Positions 12,301 to 25,335 are shown, counted from the first letter of the whole stretch. The stretch: 56,896 bases of DNA, filler included, from Barthelona sp. PAP020 (GCA_040182905.1; 4 parts of 4 records of this genome joined end to end with filler, not necessarily neighbours in it), one strand, 5' to 3'. Program-made: numbers and translations. The notes: generated by a model from the letters alone, not told the origin.

Positions 12301-13875
12301 TATTTTGGTCTCTTCAATAAAAGAAGTGTGCTCCTCCATGAATTTGCCAAATCCAATGTTCCACACATTTCGATTAGATACTGTGTAATTTAATACAAAC
12401 AGCGAATTCTTTTCAATTTCTTCATTTAAAGCCTCATCAAATGATGGTAATTCATAGTCATTCTCTGAGCTTTCATACATCCAAATCTTGAACTTTCCAT
12501 TTAATTGTACTTTTTTAGCAATATATCCTGATTTATCATTGTTACATTTAAAACTAACAACTGGAAGATGCTGTTGCATTTCATAAATGGTTAAATTTGC
12601 AAAAAAATCCTTTTGAAGTGCAAAAAATAACGTTAAACTGTCCTTCATATCATTTTTCTCCAGAACCTTCATCCTAATAGAATTATTCAGATTAACACAT
12701 GCAGGAATATTAACAAACTCTTGATCACTAATTAATAATGGTAATGTGTCTTCATTTACTCCATTTATCCATGAAGTATAATCCAATTTCTCAATCCAAA
12801 GACTGTCTTTGTACAAATAAAAGGCTTCGACAAGAAATTGTTCAATTTGAAACGGTTTATTCTGGGTATAATCAAAATATTCATTTAATGAAATAATTGA
12901 GTGTTTTTTCAAATATAGCAAATGTGTTTTGATTTCTTCAGTTACTGCTAATGGTTCATCACCATTAATATGCAATACACGAACTGCGTTGTCATCTGCT
13001 ACGGTGTATAAACCATTGTTTCTGAAATTATCAACATAAATTTCTTCTTCAACAACATCCCTTATAATTATCCATACATAACATGGATTAGATTTATTTA
13101 TATGTGATTCAACTTGGAAAGATAAAGATCCATTAAATTTCTCAAAATCGTAAAGGAATCTGTTTGTGTCATAATAGAAATCAACAATGTTTTTAAATTT
13201 TTCAGAAATTTCATCGTCTTTGAAAATAGATACACAACTATCCTGTTCTAAAAAATCTGAAGAAAAAACCAAAAATGATTTCTTTTGTTGGAGGTTATTG
13301 AAATTTATTTTCACAGGCTTATTAAAATAAAACAATCCAGAGAATTCAAAAAATTGAACCAAATCATATTCTTCAACAACGTTTAAATCTTTTTCAACCA
13401 GAACACCAGCAAAGATATGCAATTGGTGATTGAATTCCATTTTTATATTGTTTTCAAACCATAAACACAAAAATAAAGAATGTTCATTGGTTGATAATTT
13501 GACAAATTTGTCATTTTGGGAGAGATTACGCCTTCGATTCAAGAAATCTTGACAATTCCTTTTTTCATCTTCAGCAAAAATTAAAAAATAACTCCAATTG
13601 AAGGAAGATCCCAATTCTTGAATGAATACATCATAGTAATTTTCATCATCTGGCAAAATAAGAGGTTCAAGGTTAAATCTTATAAATGATGGAACTGATG
13701 TAATTCTTGTTGTCTGAGACACATTGTAATAGTAATGTTGATATGAATTTAATGACACAGTTACATTTGAATTTGATTGGAAAACGGTTTTAAAATGCTT
13801 GGGGATTGAAACTTTTGCCCCTATCAGTTGAATTGAAAAACATACAAACAATAATATAAAACAAATGATATTCAT
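9301..13875 (-). CDS. Large type I membrane/surface protein of unknown function
   Basis: 1524-aa ORF with N-terminal signal peptide, C-terminal TM helix (ILLFICIVVAILFSIL) and short acidic tail. Confidence 0.8.
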   Translation of the reverse strand: MNIICFILLFVCFSIQLIGAKVSIPKHFKTVFQSNSNVTVSLNSYQHYYYNVSQTTRITSVPSFIRFNLEPLILPDDENYYDVFIQELGSSFNWSYFLIFAEDEKRNCQDFLNRRRNLSQNDKFVKLSTNEHSLFLCLWFENNIKMEFNHQLHIFAGVLVEKDLNVVEEYDLVQFFEFSGLFYFNKPVKINFNNLQQKKSFLVFSSDFLEQDSCVSIFKDDEISEKFKNIVDFYYDTNRFLYDFEKFNGSLSFQVESHINKSNPCYVWIIIRDVVEEEIYVDNFRNNGLYTVADDNAVRVLHINGDEPLAVTEEIKTHLLYLKKHSIISLNEYFDYTQNKPFQIEQFLVEAFYLYKDSLWIEKLDYTSWINGVNEDTLPLLISDQEFVNIPACVNLNNSIRMKVLEKNDMKDSLTLFFALQKDFFANLTIYEMQQHLPVVSFKCNNDKSGYIAKKVQLNGKFKIWMYESSENDYELPSFDEALNEEIEKNSLFVLNYTVSNRNVWNIGFGKFMEEHTSFIEETKIVFHFDNTQYNIGTNDEIYYLITLLPSFSRGNNVSEGCIISHINDNDHIGTIRCHSFDYRIEENTLSYSFVLAKSDNISFFILFGRMTFVAQSIEKSLYDSLHSKGNISNFVNYGVEDHKNFVQDFYVDWNYYETLNECWQDRWELVLVGSKKLIWNSDCFKQINVWIPLFSMIYFVNNEGKETLNTHYLFICSDHKISTLFVKNKSGINRIDILQDCDFENSFWQYCNYIKIEENFKVEITFEPSVLKNIQAHFYLSTKLSKSKGETQHLYEPTTQNFQHKKIGGPYLHSFHQLKDNNLMVINDVKETYVKLILNSSMDDFFENLDNKVLIYPNSSIHLFLKTNLQWYWSFTSSKRNRESSLWFFLQTCECGTCSFEYLKGERFLLNSSTFLIDDKLMGYKVFDSIMGQTNFDSLIIQENDIIYKVFLIFTFNNSHVDIDSSKQNIAPFSYESSKYSFIFDTSLKFYFFDYETIEKFVGSSCFIDFGPKYQLKSLSHISNSFSLLNNDFKNGTLFYIDEKDGYFELKERKLIVLYQYCEKGSIDDSFYLESYQKSNEHKIEWRRFLVQPEMFKTNANNGLIRVFMFILYPGKFHTYFENPKSIENNIRSYSVDRLLTYVQNIKFPDVYYPKMDFDIENLNEDTKVKYLLIKNDREYKFDFIKVKKYFSITFQLNQEELDANKCSKDIYIMNNERNVSLEVINQFTSFGFFENAFFIPKSSCIESVVIKHLDDSMEGYVENEKLRFFGISSFFSQNISSSTTTNNIRLCNTAIEVNVSKSTPLCFNQSLNSKLNEFVEINNDNILNGSSYNVELRKVSGEDIIRFNLSNPLFFNFEENVIYMALKISLKNKFKKIFIGHKNDDVRKVLGIYHINDWVPFESQDIGVENVDKFVMYFAVSFEDFEGFIKRNMSFNILFTSSDSYVEGKKLFTASEILLFICIVVAILFSILNAMWKRIFNSTLDHSETTSLKLGDFFVTPNQNDEEIVFIQFEEEDDVFLQ

Positions 13876-14158
13876 GTGAAAAATGAAAAAAATTTCATAT
13901 TTTGACAGTAAATGTAGCTTTTTTTCAAAATTTCTTTTTTAGCCCTGAAAATTAATAAATTTGTTCTAATGTATTTTTTAACCCCTTCTTTTAAAAAATA
14001 AACCCCCACGAACTAAAATTTGTATTAAATTCTCTTTTGAAAAATTGCAATATATTTTTTAATTTGTAACCGTTATAAAAGTCCTTTTCTGCCAACAAAA
14101 ATCTTCAATCGAATTTCTTTTGAATTTCTCTTTTTCAATTTTTTTTTTTGACACCATA

Positions 14159-14241
14159 ATGGATGATGAAGGCTTGAATATCAACGATTTATTAGGTGAT
14201 TTTAAAGAGAAAGATGGAATTGAAGCAAGTGAAGTTCGTTT
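14159..14241 (+). CDS. 5' fragment of a gene cut by the contig end (MDDEGLNINDLLGDFKEKDGIEASEVR)
   Basis: ATG after a T-rich leader, open to the gap. Confidence 0.55.
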
Positions 14242-14341
14242 NNNNNNNNNNNNNNNNNNNNNNNNNNNNNNNNNNNNNNNNNNNNTTAATTAATTAANNN
14301 NNNNNNNNNNNNNNNNNNNNNNNNNNNNNNNNNNNNNNNNN
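14242..14341. other. Artificial contig-joining spacer
   Basis: N44-TTAATTAATTAA-N44; the core has stop codons in all six frames. Confidence 0.97.
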
Positions 14342-17300
14342 TTCAACATCAACAAGAGTCATCAAAGGTAAATGAACATCATTAGGGGTCAAATTCACAA
14401 ATTCACCACCATCAACTGGCCATAAATGGCAAATATCTTTACATTGTTGTTTGGAATATTTATTTATGAATAAAGGATATTCAGGTAATGTTGAAATAAG
14501 TTTGAAAAACTCATTAACAGAATTTTGCAGCTTCTTAACTTCACAATCACCGCAAGATAAAATTCTAGAACAACACCACATTGTCAATTTGCTACTTTCA
14601 TGACCTTTTGGTCTCGTTCCAAGATCAAAATATAACTTTCGATAAATCTTTGCCAATGCTGCAACTAATGGTTCTTTTGGGGCAATAATATCAACAAATT
14701 CACAATATTGCTTTTCTTTTGTTTGGATCGTTGCCATAACATTCAAATAAATTGTTTTAAAACTATCAAATGAAAAAACACCAAATAATCCGCTTGAGTT
14801 TTTTAAGGCATCTAAACGATTATTGGCAATCATTAAAACTGTGTTATCTTTGCTTCCAATGGTTAATTGAACAAATCCGGTATTGGTCAATATTGGATCT
14901 AAAGTTTGATCTGATCCAGAATCCACTAAAATTCGGTTATTCGAATATTTTTGTCGAATAAAAGGTGGTGAACTCAACTTATAATCAAAAATAATTATAA
15001 ATTTAGTAAAAATTTGGAAAAACACATTGGTACTGATGAATTCACTGTGTAAATCACCTATTAATGGTGGTATAACATATTTTTTCAAATGATGAATGTA
15101 AGCTTCCGTAAAAGTAGTCAATCTGCTTTTAATACTTATGAAGACAAAAATTTTGCAAATCTTTGAATCAATTAGGGTTTTAACATTACTGTATTTTGCT
15201 TTTATAGCTTTTCTAATTATTTTTCCAATTTTGACAGAATCTACAATGTAATTATTCATATCATGTTCCAAAGTTTCAGTGAGAGTAACAGCCAAACAAT
15301 CATATCCTTTTTCACCAAAAATAAACTCAAAATTCTTTAAAATATGACTGTTCAATAAACTCAAATATAAATCATTTCTGGAAAAAGCTCCAATAACAGC
15401 AATTTGATCATAACTCAATAAATTAGAAAATGACTGAAGAATTGGTTGATATAACAAGATATTTTTTAGTCCATCAATTTGTGTTTGATTCAATATTTTT
15501 TGCATAGAAACTATATCAACCCCATCAGGTATGTTCAATTTCTGGATTTCCAAAAAGCTGGGTTCAATCTTATTGATAACAGGATAGAATAATTTAAATA
15601 TTCTCTCATGCATGGAATTACGTCCACTGGACATATCTACATTCAAAATAAAGCCTGTTTTAGTGAATAAAAATAATCCATAAGCAGCAATTTGCTTAAA
15701 TCTTTTAATTTGAACATTTCTAGGGTCATGTATATTGTTTAGTCTATTCAAATATGATCTGATAAACATACAAAATCTTAAAATCTTGCTAAAATCCGCA
15801 AACTGTGGGATACCAAGATTTTGTGCAGTGATGAATGCTTGGGCAAAAGTTTTGGTCAAAAACTCAACTTGATCCAAAAATTCAGGAATCAAATAGACAA
15901 AAATATTCAAAAATACAGGATATAATTTTTCAATACCGTTTTTCTCAAAAGTTGATAGTTGAATCAACCTGATCTTCAATGAATCAATTCTCTTGTTACC
16001 AATGAGTATTATTTTCAAATCTGCGAATTCAACTAAAAATTGGTCCAACAGTAACAATTGATCAGAAGATAACAGATGACAATTCTCAAAATAAATCAAT
16101 ATTTTCTTTTCTCGAGCAACTTCACCATATTTTTTCAAGTTTTCAGTGGTCAAAAGACGTGGAGTGTGAATTGGACAAAAAGATATGATTTCAACCATGA
16201 ATAATTGTTGAAACATGTCTCGAACCATATCAACGGAAAGAGGATCAGTAACTACTATCATTGGTGCTGGAGTTTCATATCTTAATACATGTAAAGCAAT
16301 AATGAAAATATTAGCCATAAAACAATCATAATAAACAAGAGATTTGGAAGCAATATGATGTTGAAATTGTAAACCAAAAACTTGTTCCGAATTTGCCAAT
16401 AAAGTCCCCTCTTTTTTGTCAATAAAACTTAATTCTGAATCGCTAACAGAATATGTAACTGGATAAAAAGGAATATATTCTCTAATGATGCAATATGGTG
16501 CATTTGCTTTCTCCTTTTCATTATAATATTCAATAAAAAGCTCTACATCCAAAGAAGCCGAACTCTCATCATCTTCTTCTTCCTGAACTTCATAAACACC
16601 ATTTAAATCATCATTATAATTATCGGCATCATCATCATTGTCATTATTGTTGATGGTGTCTTCACAAATATCATCCAAAATATCATTTCTTTGTTGCAAG
16701 TCATGAACATTAACAGTACGTGAATGATTATGTGTCTGACCTGCATTGTTTTCAATTGGTTTATTTTCCAATAAATCAATAGAATAATCAAACACCCTGT
16801 ATTTAGCAGCATAAGGTAGTAATATTGCAAATAAATTATTAACCCTGATTTTGTTACAATGATTTTCTGAATTGGCCTTCATTGCTCCTTTCAAATACGT
16901 TGTTAATCGAAATACTATCGAGGCACATTGTGAGTGTTCCATATAACTGCTTAATCTTTGTAAAATCATTGCAAACAATACTCTTCCCAATATCATATGT
17001 TCAGTTAAACATAAAGCAATAAGTTCTGCAGGATTGGGATCTTCAAAAAATTCACTAATCCAACTTTTAAATCTTTCTAACATCGATAATTCTGTCTTTT
17101 CCACAATTTTATCAATATTTGAAGCTAAATCACCAAGATTATCATCAATAGCTAAATTAATGGGATTCAAAAATTCCATATTCTCTAATGGTAAAAATAC
17201 TTCATTTCCATCACCTACGGTTGGTAAAGAACTTTTGGAAGACATAAATGAAGAGTTTCCATCCACTTTATCATCAAATAAATATTCATTTAAGGGAATT

Positions 17301-20300
17301 TTATTGTCGTAATTCAACAATGTTGAAAAACTAATTCCAGTCAATGTACCACCATCAATAATAATTGATGAAGCATCAGGGAACAATTTTGTAACAAATT
17401 TCAAAATCATCCTTGATAAAGGAGACTTCTGATTTAATTCATTTCCAGATGTTCTGATCAAAAATAAACTGAAACTAAAACCCACAAACTCATTTAAATC
17501 GATAAAAGCCAATCTAGAACACTTCTTTCGTTCAAGTGAAAAAATTATCTCAAAAATGGGTTTCACAGTTGTAACCAAATCAAGGTTTAACTCTTGCAAT
17601 TTATTAATGTCTGTATTGGTTCCTATTTCAATCAAAGAAGTCTCACTTGCTATTTTAGTAACGAAATTAGTGTATTTGTCAAAGAATTTATAAAAATTGG
17701 AAGCCAATTCTTTATTTTCCTTTTTGTTATAATCAACAAAAGAAAATGTCCCAATAAGCGAAGAAAAAATCTCCAATTTAACACTTAAAATGACAATATG
17801 ACGATAAATGTCAATTATCTTTCTAATTATTAAAGCATTTCTATTTAATTTTTCATTCAATAAAGGTACATCATTTTTACTTAATAGTAACATTTTATCG
17901 GCAAAATTGGTAAAGAATCCCATCAATTTGGTAAAAATAAAAATATTTTGGGGCACAGAATGGATACATTCATTGAAAAGATCAATAGTTAATAAGTCAA
18001 TAACTAAAGAAGGATTTTGAGTCAATATATTTCCTTGAATAAAGGAATATTCTTTCAATAGTAACATCTCCAATTCCCCATGAAAACTTCTTCCAGTTTC
18101 AATAGTTGCTTCACTTAAATTATCAGAACTATTAAAACGTTGCAATTCTTCAATTGATTGTAAATCTGACGCTTCTCTTTCTAACTTTTCTTGAAGTAAT
18201 TTATTGTAAGAAATTTGATGTAATTTCATTCTCCAATAGCTTTGCACCAATACAACACTTTTTTCAAATTCTTGTTTTTCTAATACAACTAGTTTATGTG
18301 CTTCTAAATCTTTGTCATTCTTTAAAGCTTCTCTGACAAAGAAACCACGCACTGCTGATTGAACAACTATTGAACAAAATATTTTATCAGCTGATTCCCA
18401 ACGTTTCCTGTGATTTCTGATGGCAAATTTTTTCTGTTGGGTAATAATTTGTTGATTCTTTTCCTTTGCTTTCAACTCAACACGTTTTTCAATGATGATG
18501 GCTTCTCTTTTAAAATTCATCAGAATTTGTTCATTTTCTTGTTTTCTTTTTAACTCCAAACGTTGCATCTTTTCAACTAAATCTTGTTTTTTTGCAAGGG
18601 TTTGTTTTTCAAACATTTCCCTTAAAATATCAATCAAAAAAGAATTATCACTCAATTTTAACGTATGCTTATAAAACTCAAACTGATAAAACTTAGTCAC
18701 ATTTTCAAATTCTGCTAAAAACTTTTCCCCTTCATAAGTACGTTCAGATTCACTCAAAATATCATTTAAATCACTTCTCAATTCCATATGTTCATGTAGT
18801 TGTTCAAATAAACTATTAGTTTGAAATTTTTTATCAACAGATAACTCTTTATTCTTCAATAGTTGTGAAATTTTTTTCCAGGCATAATTTGAACAAGATT
18901 TTTGTTGCATTCTTCTGAACAATTCACAAACATCAATTAAATCATCATATTCAAGTAAATATTCCTTAAAATAACAAATATATTGTTCAGGTAGATCTTT
19001 GATATCTTTTATGATTTGTTTAACCTTTTGAATATATACACTGAAATCAACAATATCAAAAGAACTGTCATGTAAATAATATTGTGAAATTTTCCTTAAT
19101 CTTTCCAACAAATCGTATAATTTTGGAAAGTTAAGAATTAAATCATTCAATTCAATTAATTCTTGACATTTTCTGGTTTCTAACATCACTAATTTACGTT
19201 TGTAAACGATATCATCAAAGATTTCTCCAAAACTTTTGATTTTTTCTTCAATTTCCTTTAATCTATTTTGAACAGCTGTAAAATATGTTGGATCATCAAA
19301 CTCCAATTCAACATCAAAATGTGGTTGTGATTGTTTGATAACATACAAATAATTTTGAATTTTTTTCAAAATGTTCTCAAAATTTTCTTCAAAATCTTCA
19401 CTCAATTTTTTATATGTGCCTTTAAATTTCTCTTGTAAATCTTCTTTAGCTTGAATCAAAATAAATATTTCTCTTTTTAAGACTTCAACTGGTTGTTGAA
19501 ATATTTCAGAAATTGATCTAGTCACTTTATGTTTTTGTAACATTCTACTCAATTTGTTCAAGGTATCTATTCCTTCATTTAATGAAGTTAACGATAATCT
19601 GAAAGTATATAAGATTTCTAAAATAAACATTGAATCCAATTGCATCAGATCTTTAGTATTATCCATTAAATCTGCTACTGGAATCATCTTCGTGATTTTA
19701 TTATCAAAATTTTTCGTATTAATAATTATAGAATTATAAACTTTAGAAGTTAAACTCAATTCCAACGCATTCATCACTCTTACCAATTTTGCACTTAAAG
19801 AAGCTATTAAGGGAGTTAAATCATAAGTTATAAATGATATTTCCTTAAATTGATCAACATTATCCAATCGACTTTGAATACTAATAATTTTCTTCAATTT
19901 CATTTCTATTTCTTGCAACAACAATTCATAACATTCAGATTTAAATAATGTAACTTCAATATCTAAAGCTTCATTCTTAAATATGGTTCCCTCTTCAATA
20001 TTTAGAGACAAACTTTCAAAATCATTTGAAGAAAGCTCATATTTTTCAACTTTTATCAATTTTTTAACTTGGTCACAGTATTTAATAACATCTTCATTCA
20101 ATTTTTGCATTAATACATTCAAATGTTCCCTCTTTTGAATAATATCAGGATTTGAAAATACGATTTCACTTAAATTTATGTTATAATCTTCAAAACTATT
20201 CAATTTTTCAAGTAATCGAGGAGAATGCAATTGTGTTGCAATAATATTTGATTCATCACCAACAACAGGTGTAGGTAAATTAATTCTATCTAACATTGCA

Positions 20301-23300
20301 GCCAATTTATCAAAAAAAGTTTGAAAAATTACAAATAAATCCAAATTTTGAATAAAGCCCATTGAATTGACAATCAAATTCACATCCTTATTGTTATTTA
20401 TATCATTAGTATTTGTACCACCTTTAGATTGTTCCATAAACGGTGGGGGATTAAAAGAAATTTCAGAACCAATCAATTCAACAGTGGCATGAATCGTATA
20501 ACTGGTATTATTCGAACCTTTTTCAAATATTTCGATTAGATGTGCAACAATACGATCAAAAATAATATATAATTGTTCAATCAAATGTTTTCTAATGTTT
20601 GAAATAAAATCTAACCATATTGGATCACCTTGAGACAATTTTAAAGTTTTAAATGCAGTACTCAACAAAACATTTAATTCTGTCAGAAAATCATTCAATC
20701 TTTCTTCGAAACTAAATATTTTTTTTAGAATAATATCTGGAAATTCCCTAATTTCAAAAATCATATCCCTTTCTTTCCAAAACCATAAAACTTCAACTGC
20801 AGTTTCAATATAAGATACAACAGATTGTAATAATCTTGAATTGTCCATAAAAACAGTCAAATTTTGTCCAACATTTTGTAAAAATACAGGTAAACCAGGT
20901 GTACACCAGCTAAAATTACTGGAAATCTTCTGAAAATCTTTCTTTAACATGGTATAGTCTTTATAGATCAAATTCAAAATTTCTAAATTCAACTGGGCCA
21001 AAGACCTTTCAAAACTCTCAATTAATAAATATATTTGTCCATAAATTTCAACCAAATGTTCCAATTCTTCATAAACAGTCTCAACTTCAGGTGATATGGG
21101 TAATTCTTCGATTTCATAAAATTTCCCCAAAATGAAATATCTCTTGATATCACAGTAAAGACCATAAAGATAAGAATCAAAATTAACTTGAATATTATCA
21201 TCATCAACATATAAAACCTTCAAACTTTTGAAATGTTCAATGTGTGGCACAGCAGCAGAGGCTAATTTTAACAAATATTTAGAATTCTCCTGAATACCTT
21301 CTCGCACATCATCCAATAAACCATCAGCCCCATTAATAAATTCTTGAATTAAATCTAAAACATGTTGAGGTAATAATGAACTAGCATCCTTGATATCTTT
21401 CAAAGGTTTGTTTGCCAGATTGTTTAATTCCTCAATTTGGATATCTCTTGGATCAACACCCATTTGATCAACCAAAATTGAAAAAAAATCACTAATATTA
21501 CTTTCCATAACCCAATCAATTAAAGAACCAAACCAATCACCAATATTCAATAATTTTTCAATTCTTCGAGTTAATTTACCCTCAGAATTCCATGGCATAT
21601 TTTCAAAAAAATTATCATTGAGCTTATACATATGCAATTCAACGTTGGCATCATCAATTCTAAATTTCCAACCATTATCCAAATGTTTTTCCAAAAGTTG
21701 TTTAAATTCTGTTGTTTTTGCTAATTTATTGTTTCTTTCGAATTCATTATTAAAATTATCAACAAATTCAAACATTTCCAAAAAAGTTTTCAACAAATTT
21801 TTAATGTAAATTGTTAAAAATCTTGCAATTTTAGGCTCATCTCCTAAGAGTTGTAAATTTGACAAGAAATCAAATCTAATCAACCAATTTGGAACATTAA
21901 TTAAAGATTCATCAAAAACATCACCAACATAAATTTGTAAATCTGCTACATCCTTTCTAAAATCAAATAAACAACTATTAAAAATGTTTGGATCAATGGA
22001 CCAAAAATCTATTGTGTTATCAGCAAAATCAATATCATCTGCTGAACCTAACGCCCTAAATATATCAAATATCTTTGAACGATACAATCTGAACAAAGAT
22101 TCTTGTTTATTTCTTAATTCCTTAGCTTTAGTAAATTCTGCATTTGTAATTGAATAAGGATATTCCAAAGTTAAAATAAAATAAAAATGTGCTGAAAATT
22201 GACATAATTCAAGCAAATCAATTGCTCGATCAACAAAAATATCTAACCCCAAAAATGTCTTTGAACTAGAAAATGAATTTTTTGCTCCTAATTCATTATT
22301 TATCTTGGTTTTATAATCAAAGAATATGTTTTTCAATATTCCAACAACTCGAATGCATATTTTCAATCTTTCAGCATGTTTTATGGAATTTTGTAAAAAA
22401 TTTTCAACATTCTTGTGTAAAAAAATTTTATTTTTGCTGAAAAAATAATTTAAAACAAAATCTCCATCTTGATTCAAAAAATCTTTTGCTTTAATTGTAA
22501 CTACATTAAAAACGCAGTTCAATAAAATTAAAATATTGGTATTTGATGCATATATATCTGAATTTTTCGATATAAGAAAAATTCTGTGAAACATTGGATA
22601 AAATAATGAAATGATAGTTGGGAAATCATTAGGTTCAATAGTTTCAAAATCACTACTAATCTTTTCAATTACACGAACATGATTAACACAATCAATAGAT
22701 TCTTCCAACGATTCTTCCAATGCATGCATAACCTTTATCAAAGAATTATATTGATTACTCCTACTTTCTTCAAGATATTCAAGCGTTGTTGCTACGATAT
22801 GCCCTTGAAATTGTTTAACCAAATTGTGTAAAATATTTTTACGTTGTTTCCAATAGTTTACTTCTTCTGATAAAAATTCAACATCACGTGTCTGTTCTAA
22901 TACTTTATTAACTTGTACACACCATAAATTGGCGTAAGATTCATGAAGTGTCTTCAGTAATGAAGACTTTTGTTGAGGACTAACACTTAAATCCAAAAAA
23001 TTATCTTCAGTAAGTTTTATAACTGGAATTAATAGCCCGTATGAAAAATGGATGTTCTTATGGTGTAACGTTGTAAGCTTATTTATGAATTTTATATTAA
23101 AATCCATAAACGAATTAAATTGTGTAAGTTCTTTTAATATCGGTATAAAAACCAAATTTATAAAGGTTTCCAAAGCCGAATAATCATGTTTAATGTTTAC
23201 AATTTCACCCATTATTACGTTTGGTATAATATCATTTTGATTTTGAATAAGTGTGGTAAAACACTTGATAGAATATACAAATTTCGAATATTTTCGTGTT

Positions 23301-23515
23301 AAAATAAAATTAATGCTTGATTCAACATCAATTGTTTCATCTTCATTGAAGATAAAAAAGATTTGCCTAGAAGTAGGATCTTTACAAAAAGATGATATCA
23401 AATATGAATAATTAATGTTTTCTAAAATTCTATTTAAATTGTTTTCTGATATATAACTTTTTAAAGATTGTATATATTGGACTAAAAATTCATCATGCAA
23501 GTTTGTGTTCATCAT
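14342..23515 (-). CDS. Highly divergent dynein heavy chain-like protein, 3' truncated by the contig end
   Basis: Tail motif EEVNYWKQRKNILHNL; linker motifs ERKKCSRLAFI (cf. KRxxFPRFYF) and FVTKLFPD; AAA1-like segment with degenerate Walker motifs; over 3000 aa with no introns needed. Confidence 0.8.
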
Positions 23516-23720
23516 AAAATCAATTGAATTCAAGCGATCATTCGTGTGTTAATATAAAAAACATGTGATTTCTTTTTTGTTTTTTTCTTTCAATAACAAA
23601 TTGATTATCTTTTCATCTTCATTTGATTGTCACAGAAATAAATTTATAAAGATTAAACAAGGGTTTTTAATAAGACAATTTTGAAGAAAGAAAAGCAAAA
23701 AAAAAAACATCATAATTAAT

Positions 23721-25103
23721 TTATGTTGAAGTTAATTTGATAGGAAAAAAAGTATCAATAGAATGTGAAAGTTGTGTAATAACCATATTTGTAAAAAGTT
23801 CATTTTCCATGTTGGGAAGATATTTTCTCAACCAAAAATATTCAAGAAGCAATGATAAAGCCAAAGGAATAATAAAACAACCTGAAAATAAAAGACAAAC
23901 TGAGATTGTACAAGTTGTTGGAAATAATACCAAAAAGGAAATCAAAAGAAAAGTGATAAAACATAACGAAACTGAATACAATTTTCTTAAATGTTTATTA
24001 AATATTGCAATGTCAGCAATAAACGCACTATAATAATAAAATTGAGGTATTAATGCAATTTTCTCTGAAATTGCCAAAAGTTTTGTGAAAACAATAGATT
24101 CACTTATAAAAGGAAGTATGTATAATAAAAATGGAATGAAAAGAAAAGAAAAAACTTTGTAGTCGAGCATGGAAAAGACAATTTGATTCTGAATCGAAAT
24201 CAAACCACTTGGCTGTTGATCTGCATTATTATGAAGATTTCCAAATAAAAATTGATTCAATCTGTGAAATATTGACACAAATTTTTGAAAAAGAACTTCC
24301 TTTAACAATTCTAAAAAATAACATAATAAAGCAATTATAATAGTAGAAATAAAGATGTGTCCAACATAAGAGTAAAATGATGTCTTTAGATTTGGATCAA
24401 AATCATAAGATTGATGATCATCAATCAAGAAATGTTTACTCATATTCCTGGGAAACTTAGAAATGATGAGATTTAAAAAAGAGGTAGGATGAATCCAATC
24501 AAAAAGTTCATTCTTAAAGGTAAAACATTGAGGATAATCAATAACACTGATATTCACAGTTAATGATGAATTTAGCTCCAATTCTTTAAAATAATCCCCA
24601 AATTTTAAATAAAAAGTGGGATAAATATCCAATTTCCCAGAAATTTTTAATGGATACCTGTTCTTTTTCCTCTCATGATTTTTCTCGATTTCTAATCGCT
24701 TCAGTTCCTCCAAAGCAGTTTTCGATTCAACAGAATGTCTTGAATCAAGTTTAGTATACTTCAATTCCAAATCATCCTCTTCCTGTTCAACGTCTTTTGA
24801 ATGTGAAATTGAACCTCTTAAAAATTGATCCACAAAAATATTTCTTGGGTCTTTTGTCAAGATATTGAATGTCAATTTATCATAATAATAACTGTCAAAA
24901 GTAATATTATTGTCAATCATAAGTTTATCAATAACTTGATTACACTCATCAGTATAATAATAATAATTGAAATCAACCGCATAAAAAAATAATGTGAGTC
25001 CTCCCAGAAAAAGAGAGGTAAAAATACTCACTACCAAAGCAAATGGTAAATTGTATCTTATTTCAATAAACCGTGGAAAAAAAACAAACCTGTCTGCTTT
25101 CAT
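23721..25103 (-). CDS. Multi-pass membrane protein, possibly membralin (TMEM259)-like
   Basis: N-terminal TM, luminal loop with TVNISVIDYPQCF, then a cluster of C-terminal TM helices; family call tentative. Confidence 0.55.
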   Translation of the reverse strand: MKADRFVFFPRFIEIRYNLPFALVVSIFTSLFLGGLTLFFYAVDFNYYYYTDECNQVIDKLMIDNNITFDSYYYDKLTFNILTKDPRNIFVDQFLRGSISHSKDVEQEEDDLELKYTKLDSRHSVESKTALEELKRLEIEKNHERKKNRYPLKISGKLDIYPTFYLKFGDYFKELELNSSLTVNISVIDYPQCFTFKNELFDWIHPTSFLNLIISKFPRNMSKHFLIDDHQSYDFDPNLKTSFYSYVGHIFISTIIIALLCYFLELLKEVLFQKFVSIFHRLNQFLFGNLHNNADQQPSGLISIQNQIVFSMLDYKVFSFLFIPFLLYILPFISESIVFTKLLAISEKIALIPQFYYYSAFIADIAIFNKHLRKLYSVSLCFITFLLISFLVLFPTTCTISVCLLFSGCFIIPLALSLLLEYFWLRKYLPNMENELFTNMVITQLSHSIDTFFPIKLTST

Positions 25104-25335
25104 TCACATGAAAAAAAAAATCAAAAAAAAAAAATTCTCACAACCATGTAAGCATCAATAATATCAAAATAAATTATTTATTACGTTTTTACAAAAAAAA
25201 TTTCTCAGTAAAGCATAAAAAATCAATTGCACAAAATAGGTGGAACTTGATTTCACCACCAAACCAAAAAAAAAAAACGAATTAACAATTAATCAAACAG
25301 AAAAAAGACAAGAAAGAATAAATTAATCCATATTA

